Source: Callorhinchus milii (Eukaryota). Taken from it: DNA of 64,000 nucleotides. Both the position numbers and the translations under genes were made by a program. The stretch is from assembly GCF_018977255.1 (NCBI RefSeq), contig NW_024704742.1, forward strand, positions 19,222,001 to 19,286,000, in the 5' to 3' direction. Positions 14,061 through 28,316 of this stretch are shown here, one piece after another. Position 1 is the first letter of the stretch, and the number at the start of each line of letters is the position of its first letter. The notes under the pieces were generated by a model, which was not told where the DNA came from, did no database searches, and worked only from the letters and a program-made list of their open reading frames with translations.

Positions 14061-15029
14061 TCTCAACATACATGAGCATTGCAGGGATCTGCACAAATGA
14101 ACCAGATAGATACGTGATGCTGGTGAACTTGAGTACTTAAAGGGCTGGAATCTTTTAGTTCAGGCAATAATTCTTCTATTCACACTAATTTTATCCTGGA
14201 TTCTGATCCACTGACATTCCACCTGGCTCCCTATCAGTCATCAAGACCTGGATGAGCTTCAATTTCCTGCAGCTTAACATGGACAGGATAAAAGCCACCT
14301 CCTCTGCTCCCCCTAATATCTTCTCTCTTCTGTCTATGACCCTCTCTACCTCCCAAACTCACTGAACCAGCGCGCAACCTTGGCAATCAGCTTGATCCTC
14401 AGCTCTCCTTCTTTCTTTACATTCAGTCCCTGACCAAGACTGTTTTTCTTTCACCTTGTCCACTTTACCACATCTCACACCAAAACATTGTCAAAACCAT
14501 TGTTTCACACTTCCGTTACCTCCCAGCTCAACTTCTTAAATGCACTAAATCACCAGTTCCACCATCCACATCCTCACCCACATTAAACTCCTGTGCGCAT
14601 CACCCCACCCCAGTCTTCACCAAGCTCCCCTGACTCCCTACCTCATAATAGATCATTTTCAATGTTCTCACCTCTAAATCCCTTCACGCACTATCAACTT
14701 TCTACTCATGTGATCTTCTACCTCATTCCTCTGCCTACTCTCTCTGCTCAGCAAACTCAGGCCTACTGAGTTTAACATGCCTTGCAAAGTACATGGAGAA
14801 GTGCTGTGGTAAGAAGCTGAGGGTAATCATATAATCTAGAAGTTTCAAACATTTCTGCATTTAGAGATCGTCATCCCCAAATTACATTAGCTTCCTACCA
14901 AACCATGAATCATTTCTCTCCTGCGTAACATGTTTCAGTAAAAAAAAATCCAAACTATCATTTGTAGATGTTTGTTCACGGAAAGAAAGCAAAGCCACAC
15001 AATAAATGTCTCATAAAGCGTGAAAAGAA

Positions 15030-15370
15030 TCGTCAGAACAAATAAGGGCTATTGTCCTTCTGAAGGAGATATTGAATGACAAAGGTCTCTTGTAACTGTC
15101 AGATTCCAGAGATATTTTTAGCAAGGTTTACCGAGGCTAGGTGTCCAAAGTCAATGTCAAAATGACAAATTGTCACCACTTGACTAAAACACACAAAAGG
15201 AGCAAACATTACTTTGAAGGTTGATGCCTATGTTAATGAAATGCAAATGATATGAAATTCCTGATGGCATCATTTAAAAAACATTTGTGAGGACAAAAGT
15301 AATCCGTCACCCAGGTGTGGTTGACATATGCAGGCCAGGCAAGTAAGAGTACAATCCATTATAAACCCAG
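15030..15370 (-). pseudogene. Exon-like segment(s)
   Basis: CTLTCLACICQPHLGDGLLLSSQMF recalls HERC2 LSMLTLQHGANNLDLLLNSGML. Followed by VTICHFDIDFGHLASV, which echoes FDVDFG at 20.7 kb. Confidence 0.35.
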
Positions 15371-17449
15371 AGGAATACAACAAGACCTAATTAGAACTAG
15401 GAAGGTGACAGTGCTTTTTTCACTGAAAAGTGACAAGCAGATTAAGGACATAGGAATATTTCTATACTTTTTTTAGCATTTTTCAACTCAAATTTTGTGA
15501 AGTCCATGTATGCATGATAAAGAATCAGACCAGGGCAAGCAATGCTGCAGTCAATACCATCAAATGACATGAAGTTTTACCAATGATACCCTGTATAATA
15601 ATGCATGGATAAAGAAGAGGCTATTGGCCTTACCTTGTTCCTTCCATATTCCACATATAATTTACTCTAACATTCACGTTTGCCTGTCTCACTCTGGAGG
15701 TTGTATTCTATACTTTCTGGGTGAGGTACAGAGAGATCAACCTCAATGTGATCCCTGCCTGTCTCTGCCAGACTCTTGATCAATTTAAGTGTCAGCCTGG
15801 CTCTGAGTCTGTGGGTTCTTTGGGACTGTGATCTCACAGTCTAGGATGACTCTCCAATTCAGTGCTGGGATGTGCTGCATTTTCGAAGGGGCTGTCCTTG
15901 AGATGTTAAACAGAAGTCCAGTACATTTAACCACAGTAATTCTTACAGTAAATCCTACATGGCTAAAATCAGGGAATGTTAAGTCAAGGGAAAGTTAGTA
16001 GAATGAATTCAGAAATAGCTTGAAAATAGAAAACAAGAATAAAGAAAGGGCAGCTTCTCAGACTGGCAAGAAGTAGGAATTGGTGTTCCCACAGGGATCT
16101 GTACTAGGATCACTACTGTACATAATGATTTGGATTCAGATGTAGGAGATATGTCGCAGACAACACCAAACACAAAATATACAGTCAATTCACTTTACAG
16201 TACATTCTGTGAAGCACTTTGAGATGTCTGGTAGATGTGATAAGGCAGACACGAAGTAACAAATTCATTATTTTTTTACAACCAGGTTCCTACTTACTGC
16301 TAGGTAAACAGAGGCGTGTGGTTAAAGAAATTTGCCCAACATTTCGCCCTGCTGGGAATCAAACTCAGGTCTCTCATCTGCAAAGTGAGCACTCTAGCAA
16401 CTGAGCTACAGGACTCCACATTCACCATTAAGGAAATATTCAGATTTGTCTTTCTTGGATCCAAAGTGGATGACCTCACACTGAATTCTATATGCCATAG
16501 TTGTGCCAATTTGTTTAATCTAATAATAATATTTGTATTTGATATCACACCTTACGTCTTTGAGATGTCTCAAAGCATTTCACGGAATATCCTGTAAAGT
16601 GAATCTGACCTGCTGACTCCTTACTTCTGACGTGAAAAGCGCTCTATCAATGTAATTTTGTTGTTGTATATTTTGTGGGCGAAATGCGGCAGCCAATTGC
16701 ACTCAGCACTGTCCCACAAACAGTGGATTGAGTTCATGATGGAATTCTGTCTGTATCCCTTTGTAACTTCATGCTTTCATCTATACAAGGCACTATGCCT
16801 CCAAACCTAATGTTATCTGCAAAGTTGGATATACAGTCCTCTTTTCCTTCATCCAAGGCATTAATACACATGGTGAAAAGCTGATGGCTGAATACAAATC
16901 CCTGGCGAACACCACTTTTTACATGCCACCATCACAAAACATTCCCTTTATCCCTACCCTCTGTCTACTACTTCCCAACCAATTACCAACCCAATTACCA
17001 ACCCAACTCTCCAATTTTATGTGCTTTCAATTTCACTGATAATCTCTTGTGCAGAACCTTATTGAATGCCTTCTAAAAGTCTGCACAGACAACTTCCATA
17101 CTAGTGATCTCCTCAAAAAAGAAAACTAGATTAGTCAGACATGACCTGCCCTTCACAAATCCATGCTGATTCTCCCTAATCAGTTCATACTGTACCAAGT
17201 ACTCAGTCACCTGTCCCTGATGATAGATTCCAGTGCTGGAACTCATTGCTGGAGGCTGAAGCAAAAAGAATCAGTGTATTTATGAGAAAATTTGATGCAT
17301 ACATGATGCACATAGGATTGGGGGCTTGTGTGGAACGTACACTTTGGCACAGACTAGTTTAGCTGAATGGCTCGTGTCTTTGCTGTATAATCTGTTTAAT
17401 CTATATCATTCTATGAACAATAAATTATATCAAATACATGGATTATTAT

Positions 17450-17825
17450 TGTAGCATGCCCCCTGTGCCAGGCCAATATAGATGCACAAGAAGATTCTCA
17501 CTACAACTTGGGTTGAATCTCAGGGACAACAGCAACACAATAAACAAGGAGGACCCTGGGCTTGTGGTAGGTACCTGTCACCCCTCTTACAGACTCAAGC
17601 ACTCGCAATCCCCCGACACTTGCCACCAGTCGCCTCAGGCCCGCCTCAGGCCAGCCTCGGCCTAGGGCCAGCCATGTGGCCTCAGCATCCCTGACCCTGG
17701 GCCGGTCAAGGTCTTCCCTCTTCTCAGCCCACCCCAGAAGCAAGACAGAGATGGGGCACCTCTTTAAAAAGGCACAGCCTCCATTCCTGAAGCCTTCCTG
17801 CCCTGCGGTCCTAGTACCCACTACA
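17450..17825. mobile_element. Probable solo LTR (Gypsy-like)
   Basis: 376-bp GC-rich island with TGTAG...CTACA ends and TTAT/TTAC flanks (4-bp TSD, one mismatch). Confidence 0.55.
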
Positions 17826-18136
17826 TTACTATAACTGCATGGAACATTAAACCAAGATCCCATCTCTTAGCTTTCAAAGGTACATTAAACATCTGACATC
17901 TATTTTGGGACTATGCTTGTGCAAAAATATCTGCTGCACTTACCTCCAAAAATCATAAAATGGCAAAGCTCTATAAAACAAAAACTTCTTTCCTTTCTCA
18001 TTCTTTTTCTATTTTTCCTTGCTGCCACATTTCAACTCATTAGATTTCTTGCAATAATTCATGAATCTTCTCAGTAGTCAATGTACATCTCTAGCACTTT
18101 AGGATGAAAAATGCAGCATGCGATGTGACAATTATG

Positions 18137-18512
18137 TGGAGTCCTTTAGTTCAGTGGTTAGAGCAATCGCCTCGCAAGCGACAGAGCTGGGTTCTAATCC
18201 GGGTAGGGAAAAATGTTGGGCAAGTTTCCTTATTCCACATGCCACTGTTTACCCAGCAGTAAGTAGGAATCTGGTTGTTAGTCAATTGGCGGATTGTTTT
18301 TCTGGGGATAATAATCCTTAAATATAATAATAATTTGATCACTCAATCCACAACTGTTTGTGGGACACTGCTGTGTGCAATTAGTTGCCGGGTTTCTCCC
18401 ACAAACATACAGTCAATTCACTTTAAAGTATGATTCTGCCTAATTCTGTGAAGCGCTTTGAGACATCTGGAAGATGTGAAAAACGTTATATCAAATGCAA
18501 GGATTATTATTA
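18137..18512 (+). mobile_element. Older long-form tRNA-Ala DeuSINE
   Basis: Same head, core and tail plus an extra internal segment (CTGTTTACCCAGCAGTAAGTAGGAATCTGGTTGTTAGTCAATTGG); more diverged. Confidence 0.88.
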
Positions 18513-18692
18513 TAATTATCGCCAGTGATAATTATCACAACATGGGGCATTTTGCTCTGGCAAATGTCATTGGTGAACATTATGGAGTCCTGTAGCTCAG
18601 TGGTTAGAGGACTCGCCTTGCAAGTGAGAGATCCGAGTTCAATTCCCGACAGGGCGAAACGTTGGGCAAATTTCCTTACTCTACAGGCATCT

Positions 18693-19009
18693 ATAATAAT
18701 AATAATCCTTGCATTTGATATAGCGCTTTTCACATCGGGAGGACGTCCCAAAGTGCTTCACAGAACACACTGTAAAATGAATTGACTGTATATTTGTGGC
18801 CGAATGCGGCAGCCAATTGCGCACAGCAATGTCCCACAAACAGTCGTAGATTGAAAATGACCAATTTATTATTGTTTTGGGTTTTGGAGGGATTATTATT
18901 AGGCGTGTGGAGTAAGGAAACTTGCCCAAGGTTTCGCCCTCTGCCTGGAATTGAACTCAGGTCTCTCGCTTGCAAAGCGAGTGCTCTAACCACTGAGCTA
19001 CAGGACTCC
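18693..19009 (-). mobile_element. Young tRNA-Ala DeuSINE nested in an older + strand copy (18584-18692 and ~19020-19245)
   Basis: Full reverse-complement copy. The host SINE resumes after it; CATCT is duplicated at the junctions. Confidence 0.93.
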
Positions 19010-19299
19010 ACCAATCCACCATCTGTTGCAGTTAGTGGGAACCCAGTTGTTAGTCAATTGGCAGATCACGTTTCGGGGGTAATAATCCCTTCAAAAAAAG
19101 CAAATGAATAATAGTTTGGTCACTCAATCCACGACTGTTTGTGGGACACTGCTGTACAGCATATTCTATGAAGAATATTTGAGACTTTGAGACATTTCAA
19201 AGATGTGATAAGATGCTATATCAAATACAAAGATTATTATTATTACAATTATCATTGGTGATAATTATATTATTATTAATGTCACAGCCTGTGCATTAC

Positions 19300-19547
19300 A
19301 TTCATGCAGCGCTGCTGACATCACTTCACAAAGGAAGAGATGTCAGTGGCACTTCCTGTGAATGTCCCAACACAGAAAGTAATATCAGCAGAATCGTGAT
19401 GACCCAGAAGTCAAACATTTTTTAGCACTTCACTTTTAACGTGACTTCTGACCATATTCTTTCAAATGGTTCCTCTGCTTTATGACAAAGTCAAGGGGTG
19501 TTCATCTTCACAACAAGTCTTTTGGAATGGATGGAAAAATAGATTCA
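19300..19547 (-). pseudogene. Exon-like segment with several stops
   Basis: tcacag acceptor and gtaatg donor. Reads TPLDFVIKQRNHLKEYGQKSR...FLCWDIHRKCH*HLFLCEVMSAALHE. Confidence 0.4.
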
Positions 19548-20586
19548 CTGTGATAATTAGTTATGAATCATCACAATTACACCTCAGCCTATACTCTCTC
19601 ACCCCCTCTGTCTCCCTAGTTTCCTCCCCCACATACCAACGGGTTGACCATGTCCTGCTGTTCCCCTGCTCCTAGTATCGGCCTGCGTGTTTCGGCTATC
19701 ACTCCTGACCCAACCTCCCCCTCACCCCCAAAATACCTTCGCTTCTGTTCCCCATTCCTCATTACTCCTAATCACTTCTTCTGCTCCTACTCTCTGGAAC
19801 TCCATCTGCAATTCCTCGAACTTCTTCCCTCCCTCATCTCTTGTAAGGTCTGTCTCATGACTTGCCTCTTTGATCTGCTTTCAGTTATATTCACTTTCCC
19901 CCTCCCTTGGCTCCCACACCAACTCAGATTCCAAGTGAGTATTGTTAAGTACCTCGGGATGTCCGCTCACTGTGAAAAATGCTATATAAATGTAATTTGT
20001 GTTGTATTATGTTTTCAAATGAGGAACTCCTTTTATGATGAGTAAAGATTAATATGTTCTATTTTGTTTGTGCTAGTTTTGTTTCAAACTTATAATTGGA
20101 TATCTCTTTACGAGGCCAATTTAATGGTTCATTTGATATTCATCACAAATCTTCTTTTAGCAGCAGACTGAAATCAAATTGTTTGAAGGAGGGAGAAAAA
20201 TTCTAAACAAATTGAAGAAATTTATCTTTAGTGGAAGATAAGTCAGGACATATTGAAAAAAATATTCACACAGACTACACAAGGTCAGAAAGAGCATTGC
20301 AGTTCATCTGGCATGTCATTTGCAAAGTTAAAAAAGAACATTTTTTAAAAAACAAAAAAAGGAAGGTAGGAATAAAACCAGATAATGAGGTAGTGAAGAG
20401 CGGAATGAGAACAGCAGCAAAATAACCAGCAAATTACACAGAGCTAATGCATACACATTGAAGAAAAGCAAGAGAGACAAACTGACAGAACAATTGCAAG
20501 CAACAAAAGTGAGATAGACAGGAAAGCTCTGAGGCAGGCAAAGACAGACTTCAAATAGTCCTAACAGTGCTGCCTGCAAATACTAC

Positions 20587-20827
20587 CTGCACTCTGGTCC
20601 AATCACCAATCCTTCAATCTGTTTCGCTCACAAAAATTGACTCTTTGTCAGCAATTTAATTGTTAGAAATGATAAAGAACTGCCAAAGTCAACATCAAAC
20701 TTGTATTTCACATCACCTCCTCCAAGATAAGCTTTCAAGCTTATGCTTTCTTTAATGCGAAAATGATTTGAGCTAAACAAAGGCAGAGAAGGAGAGTTTA
20801 ATGGTGAATCCATCCAGATTTACCCTC
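20587..20827 (-). pseudogene. Exon-like segment with a stop
   Basis: tttgcag acceptor and CAG|gtagt donor. Reads ISLKAYLGGGDVKYKFDVDFGSSLSFLTIKLLTKSQFL*AKQIEGLVIGPEC, a beta-sandwich-like pattern. Confidence 0.45.
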
Positions 20828-21636
20828 CTGCAAATGTACATAAATAGCTGAACTTGCATTTGATGCAGTGCCATACATCTCAAAGTGTTTCAGACAATTA
20901 ATTGCTTTTTATTTGTAGAATGTAGGCAACGTGACAGCTGATCTGCTGCAGCAAAATGCAGCAATGAGAGGAATAACTAAATTGAATCTGCTTTTGATAA
21001 ATTTGGTTAAGGGAGGCCAGGACACATGGAGCTCTCTGTTACTATTACTGTGCTCTCTGTAATAGTGCCACAGAGTCTTCAGAGTCCACCTGACAGACAG
21101 ATAGAATCTCACAATGTTTTCTTATTCAAACTCCCTGCATTCTGTACTTGAGTGTCAGCCTGGAACACAACATCAAGTCCACGGTGTGGGGGCTCAGACT
21201 GACAACTTTCTGATCCAGAGGTGAGTGTGCTACCAACTGAGCCAAACTGTCACACACATATTACTCTGCCAATCGAGGCTAGGAATACATTTCCTGAATA
21301 TACAATTGAAATCGCATCATATCGCAGAGATGTGAATTCATGCATCACATATCACTTTTTAATCTCCTTAACTAGAACTATTAGAACCATTGAACAGGGC
21401 ACATTCATAACATCCTTTAACAGACAAGATCACAAAGCCCTAATTCCTGTGTTGAGTATTAGACACATTTGTGATATATGACCACCACTACTTGTATATG
21501 CAATGTTAAAGGCAGTCATAGCAATCACAATGTCATGAACATCAAGTCATTTTAAGGTCACTGGTTTCTTTTCCAGGATGTTGAAGTGACGACTTTTGCG
21601 TCTTCGGAAGTCAAAATTTCAGTCAGATTTAAGATT

Positions 21637-21947
21637 ATAATAATAATAATCCTTGCATTTGATATAGCACTTTTCACGTCGGGAGGACGTCCCAAAGCGC
21701 TTCACAGAACACACTGTAAAGTGAATTGACTTTGTGGGCGAACGCGGCAGCCAATTGCGCACAGCAATGTCCCACAAACAGTCGTATATTGAAAATGACC
21801 AATTTTTATTATTGTTTTTGGTTTTGGAGGGATTATTATTAGGCGTGTGGAGTAAGCAAACTTGCCCAGGGGTTCGCCCTGTCTGGAATTGAACTCAGGT
21901 CTCTCGCTTGCAAAGCGAGTGCTCTAACCACTGAGCTACAGGACTCC
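21637..21947 (-). mobile_element. Young tRNA-Ala DeuSINE
   Basis: Full copy; AAGATTA on both flanks (21631-21637, 21951-21957). Confidence 0.93.
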
Positions 21948-22744
21948 ACAAAGATTACGATATAAGTTACATTTATATTGCGTCTTTCATGTCGATGTGA
22001 TGAAATACATTTCTTTAAGGTGATAAGGGTATCACAGTACGAGAGATCCCCAAGCACTGAGCCGCAGAGTGCTGGGGCTTCAGCACAATGGCTACGAGTT
22101 ACAGATCTCAGTTGTGCATTGACCAAAGGCTTGGTTCACCCAAATAATTGCTGCTTTTGCAGACTTTCAGACAGTCGATATCTGTAGAATATTTCACCTA
22201 TCAAGCCTCTCAGCCAGTGTTGGCATATTTGGCAGCGGAAAATGCAAGAAAAAGAAATGCCATCCTATAAAAATACAACTCTTAAGGAGATGCATAAGGT
22301 TCATTTTTCTTTGAGTTTGTACTTACTTGCTTACATTGCAGGAAATCCAACAATATATAAAATATCTAAAGCTCATGAAACAGGTTCTGTTCCAACAAAA
22401 ATGGCTAATTTGAATAAATTTAAAGTTCATTTTGCATCCAGCAGAATCCTATCTAATATATGTAGCAGCTATCCTTTCACCTCTTGTTTTCTGTCTAGCT
22501 TCAATGTACCAACATTTAGCTTTCTCAAAACCAAGATGAAACTGAACAGGAAATAAAACACAGGTCTATCCAGTCAGGATGAAATCAGATATAAAATGCT
22601 GCATTCTGAATAACCTCTGATTGTAAAGACACTCAGCCAGCTGCTGTCTAAGTAGGTCAGATAGCTGCATTGAATAGGATCTATGGGAAATTACTTTCGC
22701 TAAAGGATTGATAAGAAGTGTTAGGAAATTTTTAAAAATCTTAC

Positions 22745-22944
22745 CTTCATCAACCAGTCGTGCTTTGGAGCACAAGAATGCAATCTCTTGGTCTAAACAT
22801 TTAGCTTCTGGATTCTCTTCATCCAAACTGTGTCCATAATTCCTTCACTCTTGAAAATGCCGTTGTTCCGTTTTTTCCTTCCAGCACCGTGTTATGAGAT
22901 AGGGTCTGACAGCTTCATCAAGGCTTAACAGTCAAACTGTATCT
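22745..22944 (-). pseudogene. Exon-like segment, 200 nt, with in-frame stops
   Basis: tcccctcag acceptor and AG|gtaag donor. Reads LLSLDEAVRPYLITRCWKEKTEQRHFQE*RNYGHSLDEENPEAKCLDQEIAFLCSKARLVDE. Confidence 0.55.
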
Positions 22945-25900
22945 CTGAGGGGAGGACGGAAGTTTCATGCATGTGTTAATGAAAATACTCAGCGATGAAT
23001 AGATATGATATTGTCAAACTAATTTATAAATTGAATTTATAAATTGTGTACACACCCAATGTACAGTGTTGCATTGTATCTATATCTTCATATGTGCACA
23101 TCACATGTTATACCATTTAAACCGGGTTCTGTCATAAACAGAGTGATCCCAACCTTGCAATATCAGTATTACAAAGGCCATGTTTAATATTGTACTAACT
23201 TGCAATACAAATGCAATCTGCCCAGAAACCAGTACATAAGTGACATTCATTTGAGTGTCAAGCGCTTGAGTCATCACAGATTCAAACATAGCTCAACATG
23301 AATCATTCACCAACTCCCTAATAATACCCATGGTGGAAACAGCTCAAATCTTATCCTAAATATACCACACACAATCTATCATGTCGATATTAACAGTGAT
23401 CACAACAGAAGAGGTTATGATATACATCTACAAGGAGGCTATAATGTATTGCCTACGTAATGTAGTCACTGAATAGTACAGGAAATCCTGTTAAACACTT
23501 TGACATATTTTGATAATGTGATAAGGCACTAATCAAGTAAAAGGATTATTGTCATGTATGTGACACTCCACTTGACACAGCTTAAGTCCTGAGAATATTT
23601 CTTGGTCAAAAATAATTTTTAATTCATGTAAATTTTCATTATTATATAAAACGCAAGTTTCTTTTAACCCATAAATGTCTCAGAGAAAAGAATGTCCAGA
23701 AACCTGGGCTCACTTTATCTATGAATCTGACAGTTTTAACAATTTGTCACCTCCTTACACATTAATGAAATCTTCCTATAAATATCAGGATCATTTGGTA
23801 GTGGGGCTGTTTAATTGTTTACACAGCGAATTTGTCTGCTGTGATATGGTTGAATAATCTAATCATAGCTATGGAAATATGTCATGTCCTATTAGATATG
23901 CAATGGTTTAGACGCACGCATTGCTCTCGGCAACAGTAACACTGGTTGGAAAGCATTGCTGAGCACTGTGAATCCATGACAATGTCAGTACAGATATTTG
24001 TATAAATCATTAATGTTCTGCTTTGCAGGCTGTCCTTTACAAAATGCTAATTTCCATGCTCTATCAGAACTTTCTGTAGTAATAGCAAAGCAAGTCATTC
24101 AAATGTAAAAATACATGAAATAATCATTTGAAGCAATTTCATCAATGTGATCTGATATGAGGTCATTTGTTTTTGGAACTGGTAATAGACAATTCTAAAC
24201 CTCAAATAGTGATCTTTCTGGTTACTCCAAGTGTGTTATGTTAACTTGCAGTATGTCCTCTCCAACATAATCTCCTTCCAGAGCGCAATGAGTGATTCAG
24301 AGTCCTCCAAGACATTATCCTGCCTGATAGGCTTTATATAAATGCAAGTTGTTGGTGTTGTCCTGCACATCCACTTATCAACAGCAATCACTTTTATCAT
24401 TATTTCTGACTCCAATTACAAATCACATGTTGTACCAACCAACATATTGCCAAAGGTGCCAGCCATTCCTTAAATGGCAATTCTTCAACTTGAACGTGAT
24501 TTGAACGTCAACAAGACCAAGGCGCCCTCGTGAATGGCTCCTATCAATGTCTCCACACCTCAGGCACTGGCAACACCACCATCCATGAATGCCCACTCTA
24601 CCTCACTGAGCCAGTCCGGAAACATGGCATCTTGTTTGACTCTCAACTGTCCTTTCTACCCCACTTCCATGACCCATTCTGATTTCCCCCACTTCCACAA
24701 CATCGCCAAGCTCCACCACTACTTCTCTCCGCAAGCCGCCAAAATCTTCATCCACATATTTGTTACATCTAGGCTTGGCTATGCTTGTTATTCTTCCCAA
24801 ATCTTCCCTCCACAAGCTGTAGTTCATCCAGAACTCTGCAGCTCGTTTTCTCACCTGTACCAGTCTCCATGACCCTATCACCCCAACCCTCACCCAACTC
24901 TACTGGCTCCCCATCCCCCAGAGGATAGTTCAAAATCCTCATCCACGGCCTTGCTCCTTCCTACCTCTGTGACCTGCTAACGCTATATCAACCTGTCCAT
25001 TCTCTCCGCTCAGCGGTTGGGCCTTCAGCCTCTCTGACCCCACCCTTTGGAACTCCATCCCACAGTCCCTTTGCCTTATTCCCTCCTTTGCTTCCATCAA
25101 GGCTCGTCTTAAGACCCTCCTCTTCGATTTTGCCTTCGTACACCCTCCTACCCCTAGTGAGCATTGGCTCACTGTGTGGCATTGAACATGGAGTCTTAAT
25201 AGCCAAGCCAACCCTGTCCTCTTTTGGTGTTCATTCACATAAAGGTGGGTCACTGTATATTGTTCATGAAAAGAACCACAGCTGTTTTTCCCTCCCTATG
25301 CCAGGCAGGAATCCAGGCCAAATAAAACACACATATTGTACTGCTCCCTACCTGAGGTCAGCCAACTAAAAGCCTGTAACAGTTTGGGAGTAACTGGTGC
25401 AATATTAAAACTTAGCAAATACACCATCAGACTTCTTTTAAATTAATTTAACTGTAATCAAGTCCTAGTGTTTTATTAAATTGCATTTATAACAAATTTT
25501 GAAAAGATCAATGACTACATAATGGTTTTAAGCTTTAAAAAGTCAAACAGTGGTTTGGGAATCAAAGTGAGAGTTTGTGGTTTATTGCTCCAGCTAAGAG
25601 TCATCAATTTTTTTAGGCAATGGAGCACAGTTAAAGAAAGAACTTGGACTTCAGAAGTGCTTTATTGCAACAAAACAATCTCAAAGGGCTTCACACAAAA
25701 CCATTGTCCAAAACAACATATATTTTCCCCAGCAAGTCCCAAACTTGACAACTGATCTAGAATTGTGTTGATCAGGACGCTGGGAGAATTACCTTTTTTG
25801 AAACATGTCTCGGCAGATCTTTAATATTCCTCTGAAGATGAGGACAAAGGAGCTCAGTTTTATATTTCACCCAAAGAACTGCACCACTAACAATGTAGCA

Positions 25901-26761
25901 CTGCCATGTTGAGCTAGGATTGTATATCCTTAAGTACCATTAACTTTTTAAAACTGATTTCTTTAAAATATCCAATATTTTGTAATATTTTCAGAACTAT
26001 TTTGGACAAATGGCATTATTCAGAGATTGGGAAGTATGTCTCAACACATTTTTAACAATGTTCTTTAGTTAAGGAATAGAATATGTTTAGGAAGACAACA
26101 CTATTGATCATTATGCGTTATGCATAAATTGCAGGATTTGTCCTCAGAGCAAGTATTAGTGCAGCTTTTGCAAAGATGACAAGGATTCATTTGCAAATTA
26201 AATGCAATGAGGATTTTTTTAAAAAAGAAAGTAGTTACAAATTATACAGTTTTGTCAGCATTTTATACAGCATTATCCGACAGATGCTAATACATGTGCC
26301 CAAATCTAGTCTGCTTTATTTAGAAATGTCCAAAAAGGAAACAAGTTGATGCAGTAGTTATCTAGATCAAGCCTTTAATAGCAGACAGCATAACTCAAGC
26401 ACATTAACTTTAAAAATATTTTTCAAATGCTATTGGGTATTAGTTTTATTAATTGGCCTAGTCAGGGCATGAGTTTCAATCCATCCAAGATTTTTAATAC
26501 AAATGTCTGATGTGTTGGTTAGCTCTTTGGAGCCCAAATGAAAATAAATTTGGCCGATCTCAGCATAGAATTGACATTGAAATCTGGTATAGGAAATGGA
26601 AATGTCAATGGTGCAGAAGAAGTAGATTTCTGAGGTTCAGGTGAGGCATGTGGGGGTAATATTCCATTCAGCATAACATAGCACCTTTAGCAATGCACAA
26701 CTGTAATGGGAAATCCTATTTGTGGCCAACATTGTACTTAACACTGAATGGAATTTTTAAC

Positions 26762-27029
26762 CCTTTTTTTAGCCAGAATAGAGTGGTTTATTTTGCACGT
26801 AAACATGCGCTGACATGGCCTGATCAGGCAGTGGATCATGTTGACACTGGGACAGGACTGAAATGAGAAAATTAGCAGAAGGGGTGAATGAACAGGAATT
26901 GATTTGGGAGAGATTATTCCAGCCTTGGATAGATCACTGATGAAACCACATTCAGAATACTCTGTATTTTGATCATCACTGATCTTCAGAAGTTCATTAA
27001 ACACGTAAAGAGTTCAGAGACAATTTCCC
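26762..27029 (-). pseudogene. Exon-like segment
   Basis: tttatctcag acceptor. GFISDL...PDQAM/RMFTCKINHSIL (frameshift) recalls HECTD4 VDQAVNATFAALVYH and HERC2 VGRLLLCCLLKH. Confidence 0.4.
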
Positions 27030-28104
27030 CTGAGATAAATTACTGAAAATGGAGGTACATAGCCATAATCCCCAGTCTACACCAGTGTTGCATGACACCT
27101 CGCAAGTAAAATAAACAACATTTCCATTCTAACCTTGAAAATTTCACCCTTATTCACCATTCACAGCCTCCTCTTTCATCCTCAATCCACTCTGGGCTTT
27201 GAGACCTTCAAGTGTTTTTCATGTGATCTTCTAGACCACATGATTCATCTCTAACAACAATCACCTGTTTTACATCTGAACTTATACAACATCCAGGAAA
27301 CTAACCTCATGAAGCTGATTTTCTGTTGTGATTTTACCAGCAAGTGGCCAGCCCAATTAGGGGAAACTGGCTGTGGGAAATTCAGAAGTTAGTGAGTAAA
27401 GGTAAGTCTCTAATTAGTAAAGGTAATGCCATTTAGGAACAGAAAGAAATTTGCAAGATTTCTTAAAGTGCTCTTTGTGCTAATTAAAGCCAGGAACCCT
27501 TTGCAGAAACACCTAGTGGAATGCCACATATTTTGTCCTTATGTCACACATTGGTTATGTAATTGGTAGAGGAGGAAGATACATATGCTTTTACACACAT
27601 GGAAGGTCATCAACCTGAAACATTAACTCACTTTCTTCTCTCCATAGATGTTGCCTGACCTGCTGAGTGTTCCCAGCGATCTCTGTTTTTATTTCAGATT
27701 TCCAGCATCTGCAGTATTTTGCCTTATGCTTTTACTTTTAGTCTCCTTCTAACAACAATGTATTGGAGTGTCAACCAAGACCATGATTTCAAACTCCCAA
27801 CGTGGGGTTGGATTCCACAGCCTTCTAACTCAGAGGTGAGAGTGCTACTGACTGTGTGAAGCTCCCAGCTACTGAACCAAGCTGACACATGATCTATAAG
27901 AACAGCAAGAACTTTAATTATTAAGTAAAGTGAACAATACATGGTAAACAATTTGCACTGGGGATATCAGTCTGCAAGCTGCTTCTAACCATAACTCAGT
28001 TGAGGAGCGGAACCAAGTCTATTTTATGAAGTGGCTCCCGGACCAGTTGAACCTTTTTCAAACTGTAGTATCAAATGCAAGAATTATTATTGTTGTAGTG
28101 TCTA

Positions 28105-28316
28105 CAGGTCTATAGCATCACTGTAAGGATGTTTCTCCAAGCCCACTTGCTATGTTTGTAGTTGCTAATCTTTCCACATTCTTGGTGAAGTTCGACTTAT
28201 GCTGCAGCCAGCCCTCAAGGCTCAACAGCCAACTCTCTGGCTGCAACACTAGATCTATCGTTATCCAAAACAGGCAAGTGAAATTCTGTATTATCATTCA
28301 CCTGAAGTTTAATATC
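28105..28316 (-). pseudogene. Exon-like segment
   Basis: ttttgatccag acceptor. Reads CLFWITIDLVLQPESWLLSLEGWLQHKSNFTKNVERLATTNIASGL. Confidence 0.35.
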
